64,000 bases of DNA from Patescibacteria group bacterium (GCA_043817315.1 JBDRGY010000006.1:18077-82076); one strand, 5' to 3'; shown: positions 37,369-47,858, numbered from the stretch's first letter. Translations and numbers: made by a program. The notes: generated by a model not told the origin, from the sequence alone.

Positions 37369-38499
37369 TTACATATTTTTTCTTAAATTCTCCAATGTTA
37401 CTTTTTCTGCCTCGGCTAAAGTGTGGTTCTTAAGCACAAACTCTGTAAAGTCCTTGCTACCCTTTGGATTAAATTCTTTCAAGATTTGTAGGGCATCAAT
37501 CTTTTCTTCTGTAGAAACAATTCCATGGACATCCCCGTCTCCTTTTTCAAAAAGGATCAGGACTATCTTAGCTTCAGGTGTATTGATAATCAATTCATCA
37601 ATTACTCCCCTAAGGTCGTTTTCTTTAGCACCTGATCGCTCAAAATCTTCTTTGTTTAAAGCTGTCCAGACAACCCTGTTGTTGACGTCGGTTCTTAATC
37701 TGGCCAGTGCCCTACCCCACAGCTTCAAAGTTGAAATTGATTTGGTTCGATAAAGATTTTTGACAATTTCTTCTCGTCTGGCTCCGGAGGCAATTAGATG
37801 GGATGCGATTGACAAGGTTCGAGGAGTCACCTGGGGACTTTGAAAACTTTTGGTCTTGGATATAATGCCAGTCATTAGGTTGGTGGCAATATGTTCGTCG
37901 ATCAATTCTTCTCGGTAATCTTTTAATAGTTCAAAAACAATTTCGGAGGTCGAGGTGGCAGTAAGATCAACCAGGTTAATCTGTCCAAAATATTCATTCT
38001 CCGGGTCGTGATCAATGTTTACAATCGGCTTATGATAAAAGAATTCTCTGTTATCTTCGTATATTTTACCCAGAGAATCTATATCGGGTGTGCTTAAGGT
38101 AAAAATCATGTCATAAGCAAAGCCACCAGAAGAAGTTGAAATATCTCTTTCTTCGAAAAATCCGTTCTTGGGAGTAACGTAAACATTCAATTTATGATCC
38201 TTAATATCATAACTGAGCTCCTCCACTTTAGTTTTGGAAACGTCTAAAGAGATAATAAATTTTCTGAGACTGGATAAATCAGCCATTATCTCTTCACTCT
38301 TGGGCAGAAAAGAGTGAGCTGGCAGTAAATCAAATCCGGCACATACAATTTTGACTCTTTTGTTTATTTTTTCTAAAAATAAAGCAAGGGCCAGTGAAGA
38401 AGCGATGGAATCTGTGTTAAACTTCCTAGCCGTAGCAATTAAAACCGTATTGCTTTTTTTAACAGCCTCCTTGATTTGTTCAAAAATGGAAAGCCCCAT
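37369..38499 (-). CDS. Degenerate DHH-family (NrnA-like) phosphoesterase
   Basis: NIDHD..N..FG.INLV...ATSTSEI; canonical DxD and DHH motifs altered. Confidence 0.75.
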   Translation of the reverse strand: MGLSIFEQIKEAVKKSNTVLIATARKFNTDSIASSLALALFLEKINKRVKIVCAGFDLLPAHSFLPKSEEIMADLSSLRKFIISLDVSKTKVEELSYDIKDHKLNVYVTPKNGFFEERDISTSSGGFAYDMIFTLSTPDIDSLGKIYEDNREFFYHKPIVNIDHDPENEYFGQINLVDLTATSTSEIVFELLKDYREELIDEHIATNLMTGIISKTKSFQSPQVTPRTLSIASHLIASGARREEIVKNLYRTKSISTLKLWGRALARLRTDVNNRVVWTALNKEDFERSGAKENDLRGVIDELIINTPEAKIVLILFEKGDGDVHGIVSTEEKIDALQILKEFNPKGSKDFTEFVLKNHTLAEAEKVTLENLRKNM

Positions 38500-38618
38500 A
38501 TTATAAATAGGCAGGCAACGTCTGCCTAGGTAATGATTTAATTTTGATTTATCAGCATACCTAAATATTAAATGGCTGTCAAGATATATTTCCGGGATAA
38601 AGTAAAATCTCTTAAAAA

Positions 38619-39098
38619 ATGGCTAAGATTAGGCAAAAAATCACAAAAAGCGCTCTCCAAACCCAGGATTTTGGGCTAAGATTGGCTAAAAGGATCCCCA
38701 AAGGGACTATCTTGGCCTTGTCAGGTGATTTAGGTGGAGGCAAAACCTGCTTCACCCAAGGACTGGGTAAGGGCCTTGGGATAAAACAGCCGATTTTAAG
38801 CCCCAGCTTTGTTATCACTAAAGTTTTTCCTGTTAACAGAAAGGGGTATCGTAACTTGTATCACCTTGATCTCTATCGTCTTCGGAAAGCGCAAATCGAT
38901 AAACAGTCTTTGATGGAGATTATAAACGACCAAAATTCCATATCAGCCATTGAATGGGCGGAAAAAATCAAAGATTGGCTACCCCAATCCCGTACCATCT
39001 ATCTGCAATTTGATTATTTGGATCAGGAGCGACGTAGCCTTAAAATGAAGGCTTTTTCCAAGCCCCTTGACAAAATACTAAAATTGGCGTATAATTAA
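38619..39098 (+). CDS. tsaE: t6A biosynthesis ATPase TsaE
   Basis: GDLGGGKT, SPSF, HLDLYRL and IEW motifs. Confidence 0.95.
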   Translation: MAKIRQKITKSALQTQDFGLRLAKRIPKGTILALSGDLGGGKTCFTQGLGKGLGIKQPILSPSFVITKVFPVNRKGYRNLYHLDLYRLRKAQIDKQSLMEIINDQNSISAIEWAEKIKDWLPQSRTIYLQFDYLDQERRSLKMKAFSKPLDKILKLAYN

Positions 39099-39166
39099 GA
39101 TAAGAAAATGGAAATCTAGGGGTGACTCCGGATTTCCTTTTTTAAATGTGTATATAGGCAATATCA

Positions 39167-42100
39167 ATGTTACGATTCATGAAAAACACTCGGGCAAAAT
39201 TAATTGATTTTGCTGCCAACAACAAGTGTAAAAAAGAAAGCGCTAAACATCTAACCTGGCCTATTTGTAGTGTGGCCAGTTTCTTTTTGGGTATTGCTAC
39301 CTTTGTGGTCAATTTTTTTATTGTCTTATTGACCATTCCTTTCTCTATGGTCTACACCCCAACTAAAGGTTTTCAGAAACTGGGACGGCACAACGGTAAA
39401 GGATACTTCTTCGATTCCTATACTCGCTATCTCAGATTTCATCGCGCCTCTATAGGAACTGTTGTAGCCGTCATCGTAGTAGTTGCCGCCAAAGTTATTC
39501 TAACCTTTGTGGCCCTGCATCCCGACGTTATCGGAGCTAAGGGAGGAGGGGAGCCTCCAGTCAATCCTGGCTGTGAAGTGGTTACGATATATACTAATGA
39601 GCCCAGCTCCGCTCAAACCATTGAGCAAGGTGACACCTTTACCCTCTCTGGTCATTTTTGTAACGCTGATATTGATGACCTTTGTGCTGTTTGCGGTTAT
39701 GACCAGCCGGTTTGGGGTCGTTTCAGGCTTAGTGGCGGTGGTTGGGGTACTATTACCACTTCTTCTGCGCTTAAAACCAGTGGCAGTAATTACTCTGCTG
39801 ATTACGGCTCTTCAGGGGATACTATGGGTATGGGCTGCTATTGCCAAAACTATGATGCTGAGTGGTCCAGAACTGTTACCGCTAACACCGGATCTGAAGG
39901 AAAAGTTTATGAAGTAAGATTTCGTCTACAAAATGGTTCAGTAATCCCCGAGGAATATCACTACTCAAGCGCCAAGACTATTAATATCTTACCTCTAGCT
40001 CCTACCAACTTTACTCATAGCGCTAACACTACTTCATCTATCACCTGGTCCTGGGCTGATGCTTCTGCCAATGAAACCGGTTACTACGTCCAGAATGCCG
40101 GTGACACTAATCTTTCGGCTGATTTAGGTGCTAATGCCAGCTCCTGGCAAGAAACTAGCCTATCTCCCAACACCCAATACACCCGCCACAGTAATGTCTA
40201 CGCCGCTTCCGGGGATAACGATAGTAATCAGCTATCTGCTTATACCGCCATCGAAACCCCGACCGGGGTGGCGATCGGCACTACCACCAGTACCGCTGTC
40301 ACCCTGTCAGCCTCCGGTACTTTGTCCTATTTAGCCAGTGGCAGTTCTGGACTATACTTTAGTGAAACTGTTACCAACACTAATTCCAACTGGACCCAAA
40401 CCAATTCCTGGCAAAAAACAGGTCTGTCGCCCAACACTGCATACACCTTTAAAGTAAAGGCGAGGAACGGTGATAGTGATGTGACTGCTGAAACAGCCAC
40501 TAGCAGCGTCAGAACTCTGTCTCCGGCCCCTGATGTTTCTTCAGATCGCAATACTCAAACTTGGTACAAAACAGGGAACTTTACCTTTACTAATGATTTA
40601 GGCTTCGGAGAAGGAGCGGTTGGTTATTATCGTTATTCCTGGAAAAAATCCGCTACTCACTCCTGGACTGGCAGTGAAACCCAATGGAACAGTGGCAGCC
40701 TTGGCCTGGCCGCCACCAGTGCGGGCTCTTGGTATCTACACCTGAAATCTTACAACGATGACGACGTGGCCAATAGTACTGAAACATATGGGCCATACTA
40801 TTTTGATAATGTTGTTCCAACCATTACCAGCTACGAACCAACACTCGACGCTACAACCACTACTAGCCAACCACCTGTTATTAACGTTGATTTCTCTAAA
40901 ACAGGTGGCAATAGCACTTCTACCCTTAGTAACTTCGCCATCAGGGGCAGAACCACCAAGGGAATAGTTCAAGCTATCTGGACCACTGTCGCTCAAAATA
41001 TTAACGCCAAAACTTATTCAAATAACTGGACCGTTCCTCGGACTTTTTTCAACTCGTTAAAGGAAGGCGTTAACGTAATCGATATAAAGGTTACCGACAA
41101 AGCGGGTAACGTAACCACTGAGGAGGCTGTCTTTTATATTATCAAGGACACTCTTGGTCCTGAAATTTCTCTGATCGCTGTTGCTGCCATTACTAACGCG
41201 GCCACTATTACCTGGACCACTGATGAGGCCGCCACCAGCCAACTGGAGTGGGGGAGTAGCAATGCCCTTGGTTATTTAACTACCGCTACGGATGAATATG
41301 TTACTAGTCATTCGGTTATTTTAACCGGCCTGGATGAAAATACCAGCTACTTTTTCAAGTGCCATTCGACTGACCAACAGGGCCAGGAAAGCACTTCCAG
41401 TATTTATCCCTTTACTACGGCCGAGCTGCCAGCCTTACTCATCTCGGATGTTCTAGTAGTCGACGCTACCGACACTACAGTCGTTGTCACCTGGACAACT
41501 GACCGGGCTGCTGCCTCCAAAGTACGCTATGGTACCACTACTGATTTCGGAGAAACTGTTCAAGACACTGAATATGTTACTGATCATTCTATTTCTTTGA
41601 CCGACCTAGAGCCCAACACTCAATATTACTACGAAGTTATTAGTTGGGATGCTGACGGAATTTATGCCTACGATTCTTACGCCACCTTCTCTACCGGAGA
41701 GACAGTGGTGACCCCTGAAGAATTTGAAGAAACTGCTCCGGAACTAGAAGAAATTACTGTTAACGATTCAGAGTTGCCTTGCGATTCTGTTTCAAAGAAC
41801 GAATCTAGGCCACTAATTAGACAACGCGACGTTACTCTTGAGGGGAAGACCACCCCCTTCGCCACTGTAGTCGTAGAGCTTTTCTCTGATCCTGTAATCA
41901 CCACGGTAACTGCTGACGCTAACGGATATTGGTCAGCCACTTTTGTAAATGTTTCTTTGGGTGAACATAAAGTATTTATTACCGTTTCTAAAAATAGTAT
42001 CACTATAGAAAAGAAGGTGGGCTCTTTCATTGTTTATAATCCAGCTGCAACAATTGTTTATCCGGTTGATGAAATAGAGATCGTTGAACAGAGACCATTA

Positions 42101-42805
42101 ATAAAGGGTCTGGCAAAATCCGGATACCGAGTCAATATTTATCTAGACGGCAACCTCAACGGCTACACCACGGCCACTACCCACTCTTCAGGCACTGGCT
42201 CTTTTGCCTATCAGCCGCCCGAAGATCTTGGCATCGGCTGTCACCAACTTTATACAATCTCTGTAGACAATAATGGTATCGCTTCTGACACTTCTGATAC
42301 TATTTCTTTTTGTATCTTTCCTCCTTTTATCTCTCCGGCTGTTTTTGACCCCAATATTGATGCTGCGGCTCCTCCCAATATCACCCTTACCGGCTTGGCT
42401 CATAACGGATCAACTATTCTGGTCTATTTGGATGACAGCCTTTATGGTAGTTTTGAGGTTACTGATCATCCCTCGGGAACTGCCTATTTCTCCTATACGC
42501 TGTCTACTAATAGCGATCTTGCATCTGGCAATCATTCGATCTACCTGGTAGCAACTGATGCTGTCGGTAGATCTTCTTTACCCTCTCGTACTATTTCTTT
42601 CAACAAGCCTTCGACCACTTCTGTTACCGCTACCGATTCTCTTGTCTACACTGTACAAGCAAGGGATAGTCTCTGGAATATTGCCCAAAGCTATTACGGT
42701 GATGGTAAATTGTATCAACGTTTAATCGATAATAACAAAGAACAATACCCCGCTTTACTAAATAATCCCGGTGTCATCCAGGCTGGCTGGCGTTTATTGC
42801 TATAA
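39167..42805 (+). CDS. Large Ser/Thr-rich surface protein: N-terminal TMs, FN3/Ig-like repeats, C-terminal LysM
   Basis: FN3 motifs (LSPNTQY, LSPNTAYTFKVKA, WTTDE.ATS, L.DLEPNTQYYY); YTVQARDSLWNIAQSYYG LysM. Confidence 0.85.
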   Translation: MLRFMKNTRAKLIDFAANNKCKKESAKHLTWPICSVASFFLGIATFVVNFFIVLLTIPFSMVYTPTKGFQKLGRHNGKGYFFDSYTRYLRFHRASIGTVVAVIVVVAAKVILTFVALHPDVIGAKGGGEPPVNPGCEVVTIYTNEPSSAQTIEQGDTFTLSGHFCNADIDDLCAVCGYDQPVWGRFRLSGGGWGTITTSSALKTSGSNYSADYGSSGDTMGMGCYCQNYDAEWSRTVTANTGSEGKVYEVRFRLQNGSVIPEEYHYSSAKTINILPLAPTNFTHSANTTSSITWSWADASANETGYYVQNAGDTNLSADLGANASSWQETSLSPNTQYTRHSNVYAASGDNDSNQLSAYTAIETPTGVAIGTTTSTAVTLSASGTLSYLASGSSGLYFSETVTNTNSNWTQTNSWQKTGLSPNTAYTFKVKARNGDSDVTAETATSSVRTLSPAPDVSSDRNTQTWYKTGNFTFTNDLGFGEGAVGYYRYSWKKSATHSWTGSETQWNSGSLGLAATSAGSWYLHLKSYNDDDVANSTETYGPYYFDNVVPTITSYEPTLDATTTTSQPPVINVDFSKTGGNSTSTLSNFAIRGRTTKGIVQAIWTTVAQNINAKTYSNNWTVPRTFFNSLKEGVNVIDIKVTDKAGNVTTEEAVFYIIKDTLGPEISLIAVAAITNAATITWTTDEAATSQLEWGSSNALGYLTTATDEYVTSHSVILTGLDENTSYFFKCHSTDQQGQESTSSIYPFTTAELPALLISDVLVVDATDTTVVVTWTTDRAAASKVRYGTTTDFGETVQDTEYVTDHSISLTDLEPNTQYYYEVISWDADGIYAYDSYATFSTGETVVTPEEFEETAPELEEITVNDSELPCDSVSKNESRPLIRQRDVTLEGKTTPFATVVVELFSDPVITTVTADANGYWSATFVNVSLGEHKVFITVSKNSITIEKKVGSFIVYNPAATIVYPVDEIEIVEQRPLIKGLAKSGYRVNIYLDGNLNGYTTATTHSSGTGSFAYQPPEDLGIGCHQLYTISVDNNGIASDTSDTISFCIFPPFISPAVFDPNIDAAAPPNITLTGLAHNGSTILVYLDDSLYGSFEVTDHPSGTAYFSYTLSTNSDLASGNHSIYLVATDAVGRSSLPSRTISFNKPSTTSVTATDSLVYTVQARDSLWNIAQSYYGDGKLYQRLIDNNKEQYPALLNNPGVIQAGWRLLL

Positions 42806-42853
42806 AAAAGCACCCCATTATGAGGTGAGTGGCCATTAGTAATTTCTAAATAT

Positions 42854-43132
42854 CTATACGGACAGGGCAGCAGCTTTCTCGGCAACTGCCTCTTTTTGTT
42901 TTATTACCAGGTCGTCAACTACCATCTTCTTGTCGTCAATAGATACAACCTGACCAGAATCGATTATTAATTCTTTTTCTATTAATTCTTTAATTATATT
43001 CTCTCCTTTTACGTAGTATCTCACAATCTCCTGCATTTCTGCATTGAATTCGAAATCAACTATCCGACCCAGTTTCTTTCCGGACTTGGTAAAGACGGGC
43101 AAATTAAGTAGCTGGTTCTTTTTTAGGTTCAT
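42854..43132 (-). CDS. PRC-barrel domain protein
   Basis: LPVFTKSGKKLGRIVD pattern. Confidence 0.75.
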   Translation of the reverse strand: MNLKKNQLLNLPVFTKSGKKLGRIVDFEFNAEMQEIVRYYVKGENIIKELIEKELIIDSGQVVSIDDKKMVVDDLVIKQKEAVAEKAAALSV

Positions 43133-43889
43133 CTTGACCTGCCTTTTTTTTACGGCGTAAGAAGTAATATTGTTGCCCTACCATAAATAAAGTTGAAAAC
43201 ATCCAATATAAGGTTAACCCCGCCGGGAAGGTAAACCCAATAAACAGGGTTAAAATTGGCCCGAAATACAGCATTTGTTTTCCCATGCTGGCGGCCATTC
43301 CTTCATCTTTGGCGCCTGGTATTTTGGGCACTTTCTTTCTAACCATGATCATTTTCGACTGCCAGAATTGGAAGCCAGCGGCCAGGATAGCAAACCCCCA
43401 AAAGGGGTTGGCCAACTCTACCAGTCCCAGAAATTTAGTGGAAATTGCTGTGGTAGTAAAGTAGTCTCGCAACGGGCCGTACAAATGAGCCAACTGATCG
43501 CCAACCAGGATACCCGTTTCCGGATCTGTATTTAGCCCCCCCATAAATACACGGAATAAAGCTAAAAGAATCGGAAGTTGTATAAGAAGAGGGAGGCAGG
43601 AAGAAAAGGGATTTACTTTATTCTGCTTATACACCTGCATTAATTCACGGCTTTGTTGTTCTTTGTTGTCTTTGTACTTCTTTTTTATTTCGTCGATCTT
43701 AGGTTGGATGTCCTGCATTGCCTTTTGCGATTTTATGGAAGAAAGTGACGGGAAGAACAGGACAAATTTGATAATAATAGTCACAAATATTATGGCCACA
43801 CCTAAGTCGTGTCCTGGTATTGATTTATAAAAAAGCATCAATAGATTTAGGAGTGGTTCGTATAAAATTGTGTTAAATAATTCTATCAT
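43104..43889 (-). CDS. yidC: Membrane protein insertase YidC (short form)
   Basis: MQ.IQP, NPFSSCLPLLIQLP and PAGL.LYW motifs; synteny. Confidence 0.95.
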   Translation of the reverse strand: MIELFNTILYEPLLNLLMLFYKSIPGHDLGVAIIFVTIIIKFVLFFPSLSSIKSQKAMQDIQPKIDEIKKKYKDNKEQQSRELMQVYKQNKVNPFSSCLPLLIQLPILLALFRVFMGGLNTDPETGILVGDQLAHLYGPLRDYFTTTAISTKFLGLVELANPFWGFAILAAGFQFWQSKMIMVRKKVPKIPGAKDEGMAASMGKQMLYFGPILTLFIGFTFPAGLTLYWMFSTLFMVGQQYYFLRRKKKAGQDEPKKEPAT

Positions 43890-43893
43890 TTTT

Positions 43894-44145
43894 TTACTTT
43901 ACCGGATCATAGCCTCCCTTGGAAAAGGGGTTGCAGCGTAGCACCCGCCATGCCGCCTTGGTTGCTCCTTTGATTATACCGTATTTGGCAATTGCCTGGA
44001 TAGCGTATTCCGAGCAAGTAGGTGAGTAGCGGCAATAACCGTCCGGAAAATAGTGGCGCGGATAGCCGTGGTCAAAAGACAACGTCTTTTGATAAAACCG
44101 GATTATTTTTATTAAGAAATTTTTTATATAGTCGTTAATAAACAT
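43894..44145 (-). CDS. yidD: Membrane protein insertion efficiency factor YidD
   Basis: [10 protein letters not shown] and [13 protein letters not shown] motifs. Confidence 0.95.
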   Translation of the reverse strand: MFINDYIKNFLIKIIRFYQKTLSFDHGYPRHYFPDGYCRYSPTCSEYAIQAIAKYGIIKGATKAAWRVLRCNPFSKGGYDPVK

Positions 44146-44149
44146 CTTA

Positions 44150-44485
44150 TCACACTTTCATTTTTTTAAATAGTCTGCCGATTTCCTGTGCGATTCTCGA
44201 AAAATCTTCTTTGGTCGCCCTGGGCAGACTTACTATTACATAATCATGTTGCGCTGGAATCTGGGACAAGAGGGGACGAATTATTTCTGTTATCTGCCGT
44301 TTTAATTTGTTGCGTACTGGTGCCGATTTGCTGACTTTATTGGAAATTACGATCCCGAAACGCGACTGCTGATATTTGTTCGGCAGGTACCTTAAAATAA
44401 AAATCGGGCTGGCTGCTTTTTTTCCGTCTTTATAAACCCGTTGAAAATCCTTCTTTTTAGCTAGTCGATTTGCTTTTGCTAACAT
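44150..44485 (-). CDS. rnpA: Ribonuclease P protein component
   Basis: RL.KKKDF, RFGIVIS.KV and A.VRN..KR motifs. Confidence 0.93.
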   Translation of the reverse strand: MLAKANRLAKKKDFQRVYKDGKKAASPIFILRYLPNKYQQSRFGIVISNKVSKSAPVRNKLKRQITEIIRPLLSQIPAQHDYVIVSLPRATKEDFSRIAQEIGRLFKKMKV

Positions 44486-44486
44486 A

Positions 44487-44624
44487 CTAAGCCGCTAGGC
44501 GTTTTCGTTTTTTTAAGCGTCTTCTTTTTATCACCTTTCGGCCGGTCCGGGTTGCGGCACGGGCCCGAAAGCCAAATCTTTTTTTTCTTCTCTTTTTCTT
44601 GGGTTGATAAGTTCTTTTAGGCAT
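44487..44624 (-). CDS. rpmH: 50S ribosomal protein L34 (not in the ORF track)
   Basis: Manual translation [45 protein letters not shown]; synteny. Confidence 0.95.
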   Translation of the reverse strand: MPKRTYQPKKKRRKKRFGFRARAATRTGRKVIKRRRLKKRKRLAA

Positions 44625-44844
44625 TTTCTTCTTTCTTAACAAATTTCTCATTTAGTTTAACAATTTATAGCATTTACGTCAAAAATTTGATCCCCATAAA
44701 TACCTCTAAAAAAACAGGCGTTCTTATCCTCCCTTAATCCACACTTTGTTAACATATTATTAACTTTAGGGGTGTTTTTATTGGGTTTCTTTTGTGTTAT
44801 AGTCAGAGGGCGACTTTATTTTTTTACACTTTTTTCCCGCTGCT

Positions 44845-46206
44845 ATGGACAAAGATCAGTTGTGGCAAGCCACTTTAGGCGAATTAGAGTTGTCGATTTC
44901 TAAGGCCAATTTCACCACTTGGTTTAAAAATACTTTTATTTCTTCATACGAAAACGATAAAGTAATTATTGCTGCGCCCAACGCTTTTACCAAGGCATGG
45001 TTGGAGCAAAAATACCATAAAGCTATTCTAAAAGCCCTCCAAAACGTTACTGGTAACGTTAAGGAGGTTATTTATAAAGTCGAAAATATTAAGACCGGGG
45101 ACAAGAAAGAGCCCAAAAAAGAAGTGGCCAAAATAAAAGAAGTGGCCCAAAGAATTGAAGATGAAAAAAGAGATTCTTTTAATAAATTCGGTATAAATCC
45201 TAAATACACTTTCGAAAGTTATGTCGTGGGCAAGGCTAACGAATTAGCCAAAGCTGCCTGTCATGCGGTAGCTGAAAAACCCGGTCTTGTTTACAATCCT
45301 TTATTTCTTTATGGCGGTGTAGGGCTGGGTAAAACCCATCTTATGCAGGCTATTGCCAATTATGTTTTGGCTAAGGATAAAAGTAAAAAAATACTATATG
45401 TTCCTAGTGAAAAATTTACCAATGAATTTATCCAATCGGTTTCTAATGGTAAAATAAGCAGCTTCAAAGATACTTATCGTACAGCTGATGTTCTTTTGAT
45501 TGACGATATCCAGTTTTTGGCTGGTAAAGAGGGTACACAGGAGGAATTTTTTCACACCTTTAACGCCCTGCATCAAGCCAACAAGCAAATTGTATTAAGT
45601 TCAGATCGTCCCCCTAAGGCCATCCCAGCCCTGGAACAACGATTAATTTCTCGGTTTGAATGGGGTATGATTGCAGACATTGCCTCTCCAGATTTAGAGA
45701 CTCGCATTGCTATTCTGGACACTAAATGCAGAGAAAAGGGCGTAAAAATAAACCGTGAAATTCTTAACTATATCGGCACCTCGATTCATAGTAATGTTCG
45801 GGAATTAGAGGGAGCGCTTAATAAGATCGTAGCCTACTCCCAACTAAATAACTCTGAACCCGACCTAGAGGCTGCTAAAAATGTACTTTCTTCGTTAGTT
45901 TCTGCTTCTCCTAATAAGGCGGTTACGGCCAAACAGCTGATCAGCACTGTGGCTAGTTATTTTGACATTTCTCCTGAAGATTTGGGAGGCCAAAGCCGCA
46001 AAAAAGAATTAGTAGTACCTAGACAAATTGCTATGTATCTGATGCGAGATGATTTGAAGTGTTCCTACCCCAATATAGGTCAAGAGTTAGGCGGGCGTGA
46101 TCACACCACCGCTATGCATGCCCATTCAAAAATAATCAAAGAAATTGAGAAGGATGAAAAGACCAGGCAAGACATAAATTTGATTCGCCAAAGACTCTAC
46201 AGCTGA
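44845..46206 (+). CDS. dnaA: Chromosomal replication initiator DnaA
   Basis: YNPLFLYGGVGLGKTHL, LLIDDIQF, RELEGAL and GGRDHTT motifs. Confidence 0.98.
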   Translation: MDKDQLWQATLGELELSISKANFTTWFKNTFISSYENDKVIIAAPNAFTKAWLEQKYHKAILKALQNVTGNVKEVIYKVENIKTGDKKEPKKEVAKIKEVAQRIEDEKRDSFNKFGINPKYTFESYVVGKANELAKAACHAVAEKPGLVYNPLFLYGGVGLGKTHLMQAIANYVLAKDKSKKILYVPSEKFTNEFIQSVSNGKISSFKDTYRTADVLLIDDIQFLAGKEGTQEEFFHTFNALHQANKQIVLSSDRPPKAIPALEQRLISRFEWGMIADIASPDLETRIAILDTKCREKGVKINREILNYIGTSIHSNVRELEGALNKIVAYSQLNNSEPDLEAAKNVLSSLVSASPNKAVTAKQLISTVASYFDISPEDLGGQSRKKELVVPRQIAMYLMRDDLKCSYPNIGQELGGRDHTTAMHAHSKIIKEIEKDEKTRQDINLIRQRLYS

Positions 46207-46459
46207 TGTTAATAACATCTGTATTGTTCTGTTAAAAAAATGAGGATAAATAATCTACTTATTAAGACCTGTTGTTTTTTTAAAACTAATCAACAGTCTG
46301 TCCCGAAAGTTCTTAACAAGTTCTTCACAAAAAAATTTTTATTAAATCTTGAAATGGTCAATTGTTTCAACAGGATTACGCTTTCAATTAATTTAATCCA
46401 CAAATCCACAGCCCTTATTACTACTACTAAATAATTAAATTCAAATAAGGAATAATTAT
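46207..46459. other. Replication origin oriC (unwinding region)
   Basis: AT-rich dnaA-dnaN spacer; tandem boxes TAATCCACA-AATCCACA, then GCCC, then DnaA-trio-like TTATTACTACTACTA (46394-46429). Confidence 0.85.
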
Positions 46460-47557
46460 ATGAAATTCTCTTGCACCCAAGAAAATCTAAATCATGGCCT
46501 GAACGTGGTTAATCACGTAGCCAGTAAAAATGCCAACTTGCCGATTCTGGCTAATGTTTTAATTGAAGTCGACAAAACGGGTATTAAACTTTCTACCACC
46601 AATCTTGAAGTTGGCGTTTCTAGTACCGTGCGGGGCAAAATCGAAGAGCCTGGTAAACTTACCGTGCCGGCTCGTCTTTTTGCAGATTACGTAAGCTTGC
46701 TACCCAATGAAAAAGTTGACTTTGAGTCAGAAGAAAATGATTTGAAAGTATCCTGCCAAAAGTCACACACTAAAATAAAAGGGATGCAGGCAGATGAATT
46801 TCCGGTGATCCCCCAAGTAGACAAAAAAGACAAGTGCCAAATAAAGGCCAAGGACTTTAAGGCAAGTATTGCGTCGGTAATTTTTGCTGTAGCCTACGAT
46901 GAGTCTCGGCCAGAGATCTCAGGTGTTTTTACGCAGTTTAAGGACAAGGAAATGACATTGGTAGCCACAGATAGTTATCGGTTAGCCGAGAAAAAGGTGC
47001 AGCTGAGCGACGGATCAAAAAAGGAGCAAGGAGTGATTGTGCCAGTCAGAACCTATCAAGAGCTGATGCGTGTTTTGGAAAGCGAAGAGGATATTTTAGA
47101 AATTAATTTAAATGAAAACCAGATACAATTCAGTCTGGGCGATGTTGAACTGGTTTCCAGGGTTATTGATGGCCAATATCCAGATTATCAACAGATAATT
47201 CCTGCAGAACAGCGAACAACAGCAGTGGTTAACTTGCCAGAGTTCGTCAAGGCCATTAAAACCGCTTCCCTTTTTTGTAAAAGCGGTATCAACGATATCA
47301 ATCTAAATTTCGAGAAGGATAAGATTAAGATCCACACTTCGAACACCCAAATCGGAGAGAACGAATCGGAAGTAGAAGCCAAGATTCAGGGAGATAATAA
47401 CCAGATTGTATTTAACTACCGTTATTTGTTGGATGGCCTGGCTAACTTAGACGGAGAAGAGACCGAAATAAGATTGATTGACAGCGTTAATCCTGGCCTA
47501 TTGGTGCCCCCAGGACAGTCTGATTATCTGTATATTATAATGCCGATAAAACAGTAG
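46460..47557 (+). CDS. dnaN: DNA polymerase III beta sliding clamp
   Basis: LPILANVL, VATDSYRLA, G.YPDY and YIIMPIK motifs. Confidence 0.97.
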   Translation: MKFSCTQENLNHGLNVVNHVASKNANLPILANVLIEVDKTGIKLSTTNLEVGVSSTVRGKIEEPGKLTVPARLFADYVSLLPNEKVDFESEENDLKVSCQKSHTKIKGMQADEFPVIPQVDKKDKCQIKAKDFKASIASVIFAVAYDESRPEISGVFTQFKDKEMTLVATDSYRLAEKKVQLSDGSKKEQGVIVPVRTYQELMRVLESEEDILEINLNENQIQFSLGDVELVSRVIDGQYPDYQQIIPAEQRTTAVVNLPEFVKAIKTASLFCKSGINDINLNFEKDKIKIHTSNTQIGENESEVEAKIQGDNNQIVFNYRYLLDGLANLDGEETEIRLIDSVNPGLLVPPGQSDYLYIIMPIKQ

Positions 47558-47561
47558 GTTG

Positions 47562-47858
47562 ATGATAGTTAAAATAAATCAAACGCTGTTAAAAAAGTCT
47601 TTAAGGCGATTGGGTGTTGAGGAGCAAGTAGAAGCCAGTCAGGTGCTTGAAGAATTTCAAAGACTAATAGAAGGGCAACTGGGTAAAAAAACCAGGCGGC
47701 TAGTAAAACCGCTTTATCTTAAAAACCAAACTCTCCACATCTCAGTTACTAGCTCTGTTTTGGCCACTGAAATAAAGATTCACCAAGGACAAATTATCAA
47801 AAATCTTAACTATAAATTCAAAAAAACCTTAGTAAAAAACCTAAGGTTTTTGGTTTAA
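47562..47858 (+). CDS. dciA: DUF721/DciA family protein
   Basis: L.I.V.SS..A.EI......II..LN pattern; located directly after dnaN. Confidence 0.65.
   Translation: MIVKINQTLLKKSLRRLGVEEQVEASQVLEEFQRLIEGQLGKKTRRLVKPLYLKNQTLHISVTSSVLATEIKIHQGQIIKNLNYKFKKTLVKNLRFLV

Noticed and set aside
46240-46434. 64-aa ORF between dnaA and dnaN
   Set aside because: Coincides with oriC boxes and trios; no protein-like features
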